Source of the DNA: Candidatus Bathyarchaeota archaeon | Lineage (GTDB): Archaea > Thermoproteota > Bathyarchaeia > 40CM-2-53-6 | DNA length: 64,000 bases | NCBI GenBank assembly: GCA_963726255.1 | Contig: CAVSBL010000002.1 | Location: forward strand, 512,001 to 576,000 | Direction: 5' to 3' | Shown here: piece after piece, positions 1-8,039 of the stretch | How the letters are laid out: every line of letters starts with the position of its first letter | Position numbering within the stretch: position 1 is the first letter of the stretch | Made by a program: the position numbers and the translations under genes | The notes under the pieces: generated by a model | What the model was told of the DNA's origin: nothing | Seen by the model: the letters and a program-made list of their open reading frames with translations, nothing else | Database searches by the model: none

Positions 1-22
1 CCCTGATGCGGTTCTGCACTCT

Positions 23-697
23 TCAGGCGAGCTTTGCCTGCTTCGCAGAACTCTGGCCATATGCCGCATCTAACAATTCATGGATTTTTGCAGCTCTCGC
101 GTATCCAATACCACCCTTAACAGCTAACTCGGAACGCGAGGCACGAAAGACACTGCGAACTGAGCCGAAGGATTCGAGCAGCTGTTCGGCCATCTTTGGG
201 CCAATTGTTGGAAGGGTTCCTAAGATCGATAATTGCCAGTCTCTGGTTGTCTCCATCCGGGGTTTCTTAACGAGTAAAGGTACGCCCCCCGCCTTTCCGC
301 GGAATTTTGTGACTAATACTTCTAGGACGTCGGCGGTTTGCTCTTGATCCAATGTGAAGAACACTTTGAAATCAAATGTCATGGCTAAGGCTAGCAGCGT
401 TCCCCAGTAGACTCTGGGATTCCGAAGGTCTGCCAAAACCTCCTGGCTATCCCCCTCCACGATGAGCAAGTAATTCTCGTATGAGTGGGAGATGCGTTGC
501 GCCTGTTCAAACAGCCTCCCCCTATACAGGGAAGTTATGAAGTCGTGCACTGTCTTCCTCTCAACTGCAAACGACGATACTATGTAATCTCCAACGTCAA
601 GCGTCTTCAGCTGAACGTACAATCCCCGCCTACGCAAGATTTCCGGAATTCCAGAAGCGGCTTCCCGACTGTCCACTACGATTCTAGCGAATGGCAT
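23..697 (-). CDS. xpf: XPF/ERCC4-domain structure-specific endonuclease (short type, nuclease + HhH2)
   Basis: VDSRE, GDY and ERK nuclease motifs; C-terminal HhH motifs (LPTIGPK, GGIG); no helicase domain. Confidence 0.9.
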   Translation of the reverse strand: MPFARIVVDSREAASGIPEILRRRGLYVQLKTLDVGDYIVSSFAVERKTVHDFITSLYRGRLFEQAQRISHSYENYLLIVEGDSQEVLADLRNPRVYWGTLLALAMTFDFKVFFTLDQEQTADVLEVLVTKFRGKAGGVPLLVKKPRMETTRDWQLSILGTLPTIGPKMAEQLLESFGSVRSVFRASRSELAVKGGIGYARAAKIHELLDAAYGQSSAKQAKLA

Positions 698-730
698 TTT
701 TGACCCAACCCGTAAAGATTGAGTTGCGGC

Positions 731-1507
731 TTAGAAAAGTCGTGGTATTTGAATGGGAATCACTAGATTCGGCAGGGGGACTTTGAAGTACACGTACAGC
801 GCGAGCCCCACCCCAACGAACGTTGCGAGGATGACGAGATAATCGGCAACCCGCATCCTGAGAGTCACTATTGCGGTTCTTTTCTCAGTCGCACCGAAGG
901 CTCGAGACTCCAAGGCTTCCGCAAGTTCTACGCTCCTTCTTATGGCTGAGATTATCAGAGGAATGAGGATTGGGACGTAGTTTCGAATGCGTTTCATGAA
1001 GTTTCCCTTGTCAAGCTCCAACCCTCTGGAACGTTGAGCGTCAACAACAGTTTGGGCGTCCACCGCCATCGTGGGCACCAATCGCACGGCGGTTGTGAAA
1101 GTGAACGAGATTGAATAGGGTACGTGTATCTGTTCGAGGGCGAGGCCAAGGTCGTCTGCCGATGTCGTCATGAAGAAGAATGAGAAGGCAGACATTATCG
1201 CGAGGAACCGTATAGCGAAAGCCAACGAAGTAACTAAAGGCGTACCAAAGATCACGTTCATCACGAATATGAAGACGAACAGAAACAGCCCACCCCTCAG
1301 CGAGCGAAGCCACCGGCCTGGGCTCTTGGCCAAAATGATTCCGGGAACCTGCGCCAAGAAAATCACTAAAAGCACGATGATGTTCGTGAACATCAGGGAC
1401 GTAACAAAGAAACCGAGTGTTAGAATGAACTTCGACCTCGGGTCAAGCCTATGAATCGGGCTGTCCATTCTGGTGAATTTGAAACCCTCAACAAACCTTA
1501 GGGACAA
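731..1507 (-). CDS. ecfT: ECF transporter transmembrane component EcfT
   Basis: HRLDPR, AQRSRG and ALESRAF motifs; start moved to the TTG at 1507 behind a GGTGA SD-like sequence. Confidence 0.9.
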   Translation of the reverse strand: MSLRFVEGFKFTRMDSPIHRLDPRSKFILTLGFFVTSLMFTNIIVLLVIFLAQVPGIILAKSPGRWLRSLRGGLFLFVFIFVMNVIFGTPLVTSLAFAIRFLAIMSAFSFFFMTTSADDLGLALEQIHVPYSISFTFTTAVRLVPTMAVDAQTVVDAQRSRGLELDKGNFMKRIRNYVPILIPLIISAIRRSVELAEALESRAFGATEKRTAIVTLRMRVADYLVILATFVGVGLALYVYFKVPLPNLVIPIQIPRLF

Positions 1508-1514
1508 CTTGCCT

Positions 1515-2363
1515 TCACCGCCTTTGGGTTGGCGCTCGCGCCTCCACCTTTGCCTTGAGTTTCCCCGAGAAAAATCCCTTGGCAGCATACGCGTCGATGA
1601 TGTTAGGTGGAGGGTTGAGGTCCTTTAGGTCGTTCATCAAGGATGCAATTTGTGGCATAACAAGAGACGCTTGCTTGACCGCCTGAGGGTTCGTCAGAAT
1701 CTCGGCTGCCGGTCCGTCTGCAATGATCTTTCCCCGGGAAAGCAGAACCACTCGAGGTCTGCATTCCGCCACAAACTCCACGTCATGAGTTACAATGATT
1801 ACGGCCTTTCCTTGGGATGTGATCTGGACTATGAAGTTTCGTAGATGGTCCTTCTGCAAGTAATCTTGGCCGATAGTCGGTTCGTCCATCACCACGTGTT
1901 TTGGATCCCAGGCAAGAACCGCGGCGAGCGCAACGCGTTTCCTTTCTCCGCCGCTGAGAACAAACGGTGAGGACTTTTCGTACCGGTTCAAATCCAAAGT
2001 GGTAAGCAAACTGGTGACCCTTCTTTGGATAGTGTCCTCCTTGAACCCGAAATTTCTGAGCGAGAAGGCCAACTCCTCTGCCACGGTCTCAGCGAATAAC
2101 TGGTGGTCGGGGTTTTGAAATATGAGGCCTACATCCCTTGAAAGCTGCGCAACCGATTTTTCCCGTGTGTTAACGCCATCAACGAGAACAGCACCTTCTG
2201 TGGGCTTTAGGAGGCCGTTGAACATCTTCACCAGCGTGGTCTTTCCCGCGCCGTTCTCTCCCATTATTGCAACGAACTCTCCATCTTTGATTTCCAGGTT
2301 AACGTTCTTCAGAACGTCTGGTCCGCCCGTGTAGTGGAAGCTGACGTTCTCGATTGAGATCAC
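1515..2363 (-). CDS. ecfA2: ECF transporter ATPase (EcfA2)
   Basis: GENGAGKT, FQNPDHQLF, LSGGE, DEPT. Confidence 0.9.
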   Translation of the reverse strand: MISIENVSFHYTGGPDVLKNVNLEIKDGEFVAIMGENGAGKTTLVKMFNGLLKPTEGAVLVDGVNTREKSVAQLSRDVGLIFQNPDHQLFAETVAEELAFSLRNFGFKEDTIQRRVTSLLTTLDLNRYEKSSPFVLSGGERKRVALAAVLAWDPKHVVMDEPTIGQDYLQKDHLRNFIVQITSQGKAVIIVTHDVEFVAECRPRVVLLSRGKIIADGPAAEILTNPQAVKQASLVMPQIASLMNDLKDLNPPPNIIDAYAAKGFFSGKLKAKVEARAPTQRR

Positions 2364-3199
2364 TGGGCCAATAGCCTCCTAAGATCGGCGGCTGCTTCTT
2401 CGACTGTGATTGGATTTGTCACTCCGAATCCGTCTATTCGGAGAAGGTGGAAGAGCATCGTGACTTTGGGGAGGCCAATGCCAATTAGTCGTGCTTCGTC
2501 ATTGTAGACTTCCCGAGGGGGTCCGTCCAACGCTATTTTTCCGTTATCCATGACGATAACTCTGTTTGCATACCTCGAGACCACGTCAAGCCTGTGTTCC
2601 ACGAGTAGGGTGGTCAATTGGAGTTCGTGGTTCAGTTTAGCTATGATTTCGACGATTTCCTCCGCCGATTTGGGATCAAGAAAGGAAGTGGGCTCGTCGA
2701 GAACAAGAACGCTGGGGCGCATGGCTAGGACGCCTGCGATGGCCGCGCGTTGTTGTTGGCCCCCTGAAAGCTCGTATGGGGCCTTGTTGCGCAGGTCAAG
2801 GATACCTGTTGCCTCCATCGCCCAACGGACTCTTTCAATGGCCTCTTCCTTAGGTACGCCAAGGTTCTCCAAGCCGAATGCGACATCTCTCTCTACGGAA
2901 AGCGAGAAAAGCTGGTTCTCAGGGTTTTGGAAGACGAACCCAACATGCGTTGCTAACTCCGCCGTAGACCGTCCTTCAACATTTATTCCGTCGACTATCA
3001 GCTCGCCTGTCAATTCGCCTGAGTAAAAATTCGGGATTAATGCGTTCAGGCATCTGCAGAGAGTTGTCTTACCACAGCCGCTTGGGCCGGTCAGAATTAC
3101 GAATTCGCCTTTCTCAACTGAGAAGTTGATATCTTCCATTGACGGCTTCTCGGCGCCCGCGTAAGTGAACGAGAGCTTCTTGGCTTCAATTGCCGGCAA
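2360..3199 (-). CDS. ecfA1: ECF transporter ATPase (EcfA1)
   Basis: GPSGCGKT, FQNPENQLF, LSGGQ, DEPT. Confidence 0.9.
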   Translation of the reverse strand: MPAIEAKKLSFTYAGAEKPSMEDINFSVEKGEFVILTGPSGCGKTTLCRCLNALIPNFYSGELTGELIVDGINVEGRSTAELATHVGFVFQNPENQLFSLSVERDVAFGLENLGVPKEEAIERVRWAMEATGILDLRNKAPYELSGGQQQRAAIAGVLAMRPSVLVLDEPTSFLDPKSAEEIVEIIAKLNHELQLTTLLVEHRLDVVSRYANRVIVMDNGKIALDGPPREVYNDEARLIGIGLPKVTMLFHLLRIDGFGVTNPITVEEAAADLRRLLAQ

Positions 3200-3223
3200 C
3201 GGATTAGGCCCCTACGCTTCATC

Positions 3224-4282
3224 TCATTTTTGCGTAATTACGCTAGTTTGAGGTGAAGCCTGCGCATTACCGGTTGTCGTCGTATTAGCTTTTGGGGGAC
3301 GCGAGAAAAATTCCCGAATCAATCCTAGCGATATTCTAAGCGCATCATTTACGTTTCCCGCTACGTTTGCGCCTGCCGCGGTCGCATGCCCCCCACCCAT
3401 ACCATTCATTCTCGCGCCCAGCGGGTTTGCGAGGTTCGTTCCGAGATGCATGCCCGTTTCAGATACGAATTCTCGAGTTGCGCGGAAACTAACGGTCAAC
3501 TCATCGTTTCTCTTTCCCGCAACAATGGCCAAATGCGCCCCAAGCGCAACCAGGGCTCTAGCGGCTGAGGCATGATACGACCCCACTTCCGATAACGCAA
3601 CCACCCATTTTCCGGCGCGTTCTATTCTGACTCTCTGGGCTGATTTGAACCGTGCAATCCTTTCGGAATCATCCATCGTGGCACGTGTAATCTCTCTTGC
3701 TTCCTCAGGGTCGGCACCTGACCGAACCAAGGCATATGCGGATTCGAAAGTTCGGCGCGTGGCAATCGACAAATACCCTGTCTCCACAAGCAACCCGACC
3801 AGGAGCGCCTGGCAAACAGCTCGGCTCGGGACGAGATGTGACTGCTTGTACATCTCGAGAATCATTTCGCAAGTTGAAGTTGCGTGTTCGTCGCAAATGA
3901 CGAAAGTTGCCGTTTTTTGGTTTTCAGGATGGGGTGCGTGGTGGTCTATCATCACCAAAGGTTTGGCGGATTGGAGAACCGGCTCACGAAGTTCGCCCAA
4001 CTGCTGAAGCGTATTCGTGTCAATCGTAACGAGCAGGTCCATCCCCGACATTTCGGGGCGTTCCGTTACCTCTAGGGGGATGGTCTGCAGAATTTGTTTC
4101 GACAGTTTGCTTACGCCCGCGGGAGAAGCGAAGGTGACCTTAACCTTTCTGTTAACGCGCTTAACAAGGGCGACGAATGCGTACGCGGCGCAAACAGCGT
4201 CGGGGTCGGAGTTTTGATGCCCTATAACCAGAACCGTTTTTGCCTTTCGGAGCAGTTTGATTAGGCGGGGGTATCCTCGCAA
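3224..4282 (-). CDS. DHH/DHHA1 family phosphoesterase
   Basis: HQNSDPD, IDHH and GGGH motifs. Confidence 0.9.
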   Translation of the reverse strand: MRGYPRLIKLLRKAKTVLVIGHQNSDPDAVCAAYAFVALVKRVNRKVKVTFASPAGVSKLSKQILQTIPLEVTERPEMSGMDLLVTIDTNTLQQLGELREPVLQSAKPLVMIDHHAPHPENQKTATFVICDEHATSTCEMILEMYKQSHLVPSRAVCQALLVGLLVETGYLSIATRRTFESAYALVRSGADPEEAREITRATMDDSERIARFKSAQRVRIERAGKWVVALSEVGSYHASAARALVALGAHLAIVAGKRNDELTVSFRATREFVSETGMHLGTNLANPLGARMNGMGGGHATAAGANVAGNVNDALRISLGLIREFFSRPPKANTTTTGNAQASPQTSVITQK

Positions 4283-4563
4283 AGGTTAAGCTCCCTAGCT
4301 TTCGCTTCGGCCGCGGAGAACGCCGCTTCAGTGGCCTGGTCAACGAGAGGCTCCAAATCCTGGTCGCCACCTTCTAGTTCAATCGCCACATCAACAGACA
4401 CGAGAAGCGGCTTATCGCCCACAGCCTCAATCGTGACGTCCAGGTCGCTTACTTGCTTCAACGGGATCTTAGACAACAAATGCTTTCGCGCAGCGTCCTG
4501 AGCTGCCTCGCACATCGCTTCAACCTCCTCAGACGTAGGTATTCTCTTGAACTCAATACTCAT
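4261..4563 (-). CDS. DUF3194-like archaeal conserved protein
   Basis: About 100 aa, acidic, in the usual position between prefoldin beta and a DHH gene; start taken at MSIEFK. Confidence 0.7.
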   Translation of the reverse strand: MSIEFKRIPTSEEVEAMCEAAQDAARKHLLSKIPLKQVSDLDVTIEAVGDKPLLVSVDVAIELEGGDQDLEPLVDQATEAAFSAAEAKARELNLCEDTPA

Positions 4564-4605
4564 TGTGATTACACTCTGCACGGGCGTGCGACTTGCGTAG
4601 CGGCT

Positions 4606-4977
4606 CTACTGCTGAGGGGACGGCTTTGGTCCCTGAAGTCGTTCTTGAAGCTTTTCTTGGGCTTCCTTTAACCGCTCCCTAGTCCGATCCTCTTGTTTTC
4701 CGAGGACCGTGACCCGCGTCGTCAGAAGCTCCTTCCGTTCCTTAAGTTCAGTTAGCAGGTTCTGCCTGTTCGACTTGACAAGTATGCTGCCCACGCTTTT
4801 GTAGACAGGTGTTTCGTCAGTGGACTTTTCAAGTTCAGCTATGGCTTTGTCAGTTTCGTTCAATTCCATCTCCAGCTGCTGTTTTTGCGCTGCAACGGAC
4901 TGGAGTGTTTGTTGAAGTTGTTGGAGACGAACCAATTGCTCTTGGACTTGCGGTGGTAGCTCTACTTCTTCGCCCAA
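4606..4977 (-). CDS. pfdB: Prefoldin beta subunit
   Basis: LPPQVQ start, coiled coils flanking the VYKSVGSILVK hairpin. Confidence 0.95.
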   Translation of the reverse strand: MGEEVELPPQVQEQLVRLQQLQQTLQSVAAQKQQLEMELNETDKAIAELEKSTDETPVYKSVGSILVKSNRQNLLTELKERKELLTTRVTVLGKQEDRTRERLKEAQEKLQERLQGPKPSPQQ

Positions 4978-5114
4978 AACTTTTGCCTTCAGAACTCGCG
5001 CGAATTCGCGTAGCCATTAGACGGCAGCTAATTAAGCATTTCAGACTTTGTAACACTTTTCCTCAACTCTCCAAGCTAAATCCAAAGGCCACCCACCTAC
5101 CTTTTGATTTTGAG

Positions 5115-5435
5115 ATGATAACGAGCAGCGGCAGGCACATCCAGATAGTGGAGAGGCGCTTTTGTTCGAAGTGCAACGTGTTCACTGACCAAGTTTGCCA
5201 CAAGGTCAGGTACCAGGAGAACGAGGAGCAGTCCGGGACGTTGATCAAGAGGAGTAACTGGGTCTGTCCCACATGCCTCACTGATACCGAGGATGTCAAG
5301 ATTCAGCCGCTGCCATGCGACAAAGTGAGAATCATAAATAGAATACTCAAGATGCAAAACGATTACTCAATCCAATCCATGAGCATCTCATCACACCCGG
5401 AAAAACTAATCGTCGAAATAACCATCAAAGAATAG
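5115..5435 (+). CDS. Small zinc-ribbon hypothetical protein
   Basis: 106 aa from ATG 5115 with two CxxC pairs (CSKC, CPTC); 3' part of the 4809..5435 ORF. Confidence 0.65.
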   Translation: MITSSGRHIQIVERRFCSKCNVFTDQVCHKVRYQENEEQSGTLIKRSNWVCPTCLTDTEDVKIQPLPCDKVRIINRILKMQNDYSIQSMSISSHPEKLIVEITIKE

Positions 5436-5516
5436 CCGGAGTCGATGCAAATCCTTCTCCTTTAATCTCAGCAGCAAAGAATACCGGGCGGTGCCCTTCG
5501 CCTAGGAGATCGTCGA

Positions 5517-6626
5517 ATGCCTGACTTAGTCAAGAAGAATATTGAGATAGACGATGAGACAGGAGCCATTAGTGGATCTCTGACCTACGCGAACGCAAAG
5601 GTTCCTGTCCCAAACAAATTTGCAACCACAACAGAACTGAATGCAACCAAGTTGGTCGGGTTGAAGCAAGACTTCCCGACCGAAATCGTGATCGCGGGAA
5701 AACTGATTTACCCCGAGACTCTGAAGCGTATACTGAAAGAGGAGGAGTTCCTCAAAGAGTTCGCAAGGCGGCTTGCACGAGAAACGTCAAGTCACGAAGA
5801 CTCGTTGAGTATGCTCTTTCTCGTACTGAAGGGCGAAGCCGCCATCGTAGAATCAAGTGACTTACGAACGGTTCTCGACCTCCAATATTTCGCTGATATG
5901 GACGTAGTTACCGTTCAGCAGAGCCCAGGTGTTTCTCCGAAGGATTTCTTCACCCTGTACCGGTTCGCTGAACGGTGGCTGGATAACAGGGGCTTGGACA
6001 AGCCACTCATGCCAGTCTTGACGCCTACTGAAACGAAACAGGACTTCGATAAGATTCTAGGGCAGGTTTTGAAGAGGGGTACAAAGCTGGTCGGGTTCGA
6101 CATGAGAGGGGGCTTCTACTACCAAGCCCTCCGCTCTTTAGAGGAGGCGAAGAAGAAGGATCCGAGCCTCTGGGTTCATGTGTTCCAGGTTCCGCCGAAA
6201 ATTCGCTTCGCTCGAAGCATGCTTCGCTGCTCGGAGGGTATGATGCTTCCACTCTTCGGCGTAGACAGTTTCAACAGGTGGGTTGTGCCACCCCCGCCCG
6301 TTCCACTCACGAAGGACAAGATCAACAGGTTCGATTCCACGAACTGGGGAGTCTTCAAACGAAAAGAGTGGACCGAACAGTACGGCCCAACTCTGCACTG
6401 CACGTGCCCTATGTGCAGCAAACAGCGGCTGCCCACCTTCTACTTAGGGCAGGTGCTTACAGTTTTGGGGAGGAGTAAGGTCCACGACCATTACGCACAA
6501 CGCGAGCAGCTCTTACAATTGTCCTCCCACGTTAAGAGTGGAAACGTGAAGAGCTTCGTCTCTAGGAAGAAGTATCCAAAGGATTTTCTCGCGCAGGTAA
6601 CCAAGTCGGAATCAGAAGCGAGTTAG
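5517..6626 (+). CDS. tRNA-guanine transglycosylase (TGT)-fold protein, divergent
   Basis: TGT-like N-terminus (TGAISGSL..VP..F), LQ...DVV, VHVF, GVDSF and Zn site CTCPMC...H; lacks DSGG; AGGAGA SD-like sequence upstream. Confidence 0.65.
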   Translation: MPDLVKKNIEIDDETGAISGSLTYANAKVPVPNKFATTTELNATKLVGLKQDFPTEIVIAGKLIYPETLKRILKEEEFLKEFARRLARETSSHEDSLSMLFLVLKGEAAIVESSDLRTVLDLQYFADMDVVTVQQSPGVSPKDFFTLYRFAERWLDNRGLDKPLMPVLTPTETKQDFDKILGQVLKRGTKLVGFDMRGGFYYQALRSLEEAKKKDPSLWVHVFQVPPKIRFARSMLRCSEGMMLPLFGVDSFNRWVVPPPPVPLTKDKINRFDSTNWGVFKRKEWTEQYGPTLHCTCPMCSKQRLPTFYLGQVLTVLGRSKVHDHYAQREQLLQLSSHVKSGNVKSFVSRKKYPKDFLAQVTKSESEAS

Positions 6627-7252
6627 AGCTTCGCCTCAGCCATCTTAGTCATCAGGGCTCGGAGGTCAACTTCCGAATTCGTTCTCCAACCTAGCCCCAT
6701 CACACCCGCATCATCTTCGTCAAGGTATCCTGTTCGGAGAAATATGTCGACAAGCGTTGCGGCCTTCCAGCGGCCGAACTTATGGGCGAGCAGTTTCTCG
6801 AGGTCTTCGCGTGGGGCCTTGCCTTGCTTGGAGACCAAATATGCAATGGATGCGCTCAGGGCTGCTAAGTTGTCGACTCGCCAACCGATCATCTTTGCTT
6901 CCTTAAGGCCCAGGGTCCCTTTCAGAATGACCTGGTACCTAGCCTCTTCGAGTGGGGCGCCTTCAGGTGTAATCTCACCTGTCGGAGTCTCTTTCACTTT
7001 CTTAATTTCCAAATCCAGTTCGGATAATAGTTGGTTCAACTGTCCGAGGACCTGTTCGTAATTCTTCCCCAACTTCTCCTTCAGTTCCCAGTCCTTAGCC
7101 CCGGGCATTTTGCCGCGTCGGAATAGAAGTAGGTGAACTGCACGCTTCAGCTTGTCTGAGTAGAAACTCTTAGGTTCTGTCTGCGTCTGTGTCGTTCCAG
7201 TGGTTTCAGCAGATTTTGCTTCAGTGGCTTCCGTGGTTGCCAACTTTCTCAA
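6623..7252 (-). CDS. KITE (tandem winged-helix) subunit, MAGE/Nse3/ScpB-like
   Basis: Third gene of the SMC operon; two WH-like halves; FLRTGYL...LGWRTNSE resembles the MAGE/Nse1/Nse3 WH-B end. Confidence 0.6.
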   Translation of the reverse strand: MRKLATTEATEAKSAETTGTTQTQTEPKSFYSDKLKRAVHLLLFRRGKMPGAKDWELKEKLGKNYEQVLGQLNQLLSELDLEIKKVKETPTGEITPEGAPLEEARYQVILKGTLGLKEAKMIGWRVDNLAALSASIAYLVSKQGKAPREDLEKLLAHKFGRWKAATLVDIFLRTGYLDEDDAGVMGLGWRTNSEVDLRALMTKMAEAKL

Positions 7253-8037
7253 GCTCCTTGTGGAATCGGTATCGGAAAACTCACACCGCCTTCAATTGCC
7301 TTCTTCGAAGGCTCATCCATCGGGACTAGCATGAGCTGTTCGCCTTCAGTTTGGAGTTTGGCGTAGCCGTAGGTTACGAGGAAGCTTACGAAGTAAGCCC
7401 TCTGGACCGTTTCGTGGTATGACTGTGCATGAACGAATTTCCAATAGTCAATTGGCTTCTGATCAGTGTACTGGGCTCGGAGTTCTTCCCATAATGATGT
7501 GAGCAGTTTTCCGAACTCTTCGCCATGGATCCCCAAACCGGACAGTGTTGAAGAGTCGGCGGTTTCAGGTTTCTTGCCGCCCGAGTAGTCCCTCCGTTTC
7601 CACCTCTCCGAGATAGGCAAGAGCAGGTTCCAGTAGTCGAGGGATAGGGTGACGGCTTCGTTGGTTAGCTGTTCTAATTCTGCGAGGGGGTGCCAACTTT
7701 GGAGAAACACTTCGGCGAGCCGTTTCTCGCTCATTCGTTCAACTTTCCGCGTGATGAATTCGGGGTCGGCGTAGAGTGCGCTGGATTGGAATTTGAGCTG
7801 GGTATTCTGGAGGCGGACTACCTCTGAGAGTCTGTTGAGGGTGTGTGCGTCGAGGCAGTGGTCGTCGAAACTCTCCCAATGTGGGAAATACTCTCGAAGA
7901 GTTTCCACTCCCAGTTTAACATCCATGAAGAAGGGGTTGAACCTCCTCTCTGAAATCGCTTCGCAGGTCTCAATGATCTCCTCAAGCTCCTTTCTGCCAG
8001 ATGCGAGCATGCGCTTTCCTTTGGGTTTCTCAGTCAT
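7249..8037 (-). CDS. Kleisin (ScpA/Nse4-like)
   Basis: NPFFMDV resembles ScpA NPWDID; C-terminal winged helix with FVSFLVTYGYAKLQ; directly follows the SMC gene. Confidence 0.65.
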   Translation of the reverse strand: MTEKPKGKRMLASGRKELEEIIETCEAISERRFNPFFMDVKLGVETLREYFPHWESFDDHCLDAHTLNRLSEVVRLQNTQLKFQSSALYADPEFITRKVERMSEKRLAEVFLQSWHPLAELEQLTNEAVTLSLDYWNLLLPISERWKRRDYSGGKKPETADSSTLSGLGIHGEEFGKLLTSLWEELRAQYTDQKPIDYWKFVHAQSYHETVQRAYFVSFLVTYGYAKLQTEGEQLMLVPMDEPSKKAIEGGVSFPIPIPQGA

Positions 8038-8039
8038 GG

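Noticed and set aside
4809-5114. 5' extension of the 208-aa ORF
   Set aside because: Overlaps pfdB on the opposite strand and its promoter; only the part from ATG 5115 looks coding.
5517-6626. Canonical archaeosine TGT or a complete dpd island
   Set aside because: Catalytic motifs and PUA domain are missing; no dpdB/dpdC or preQ0 synthesis genes in the window.
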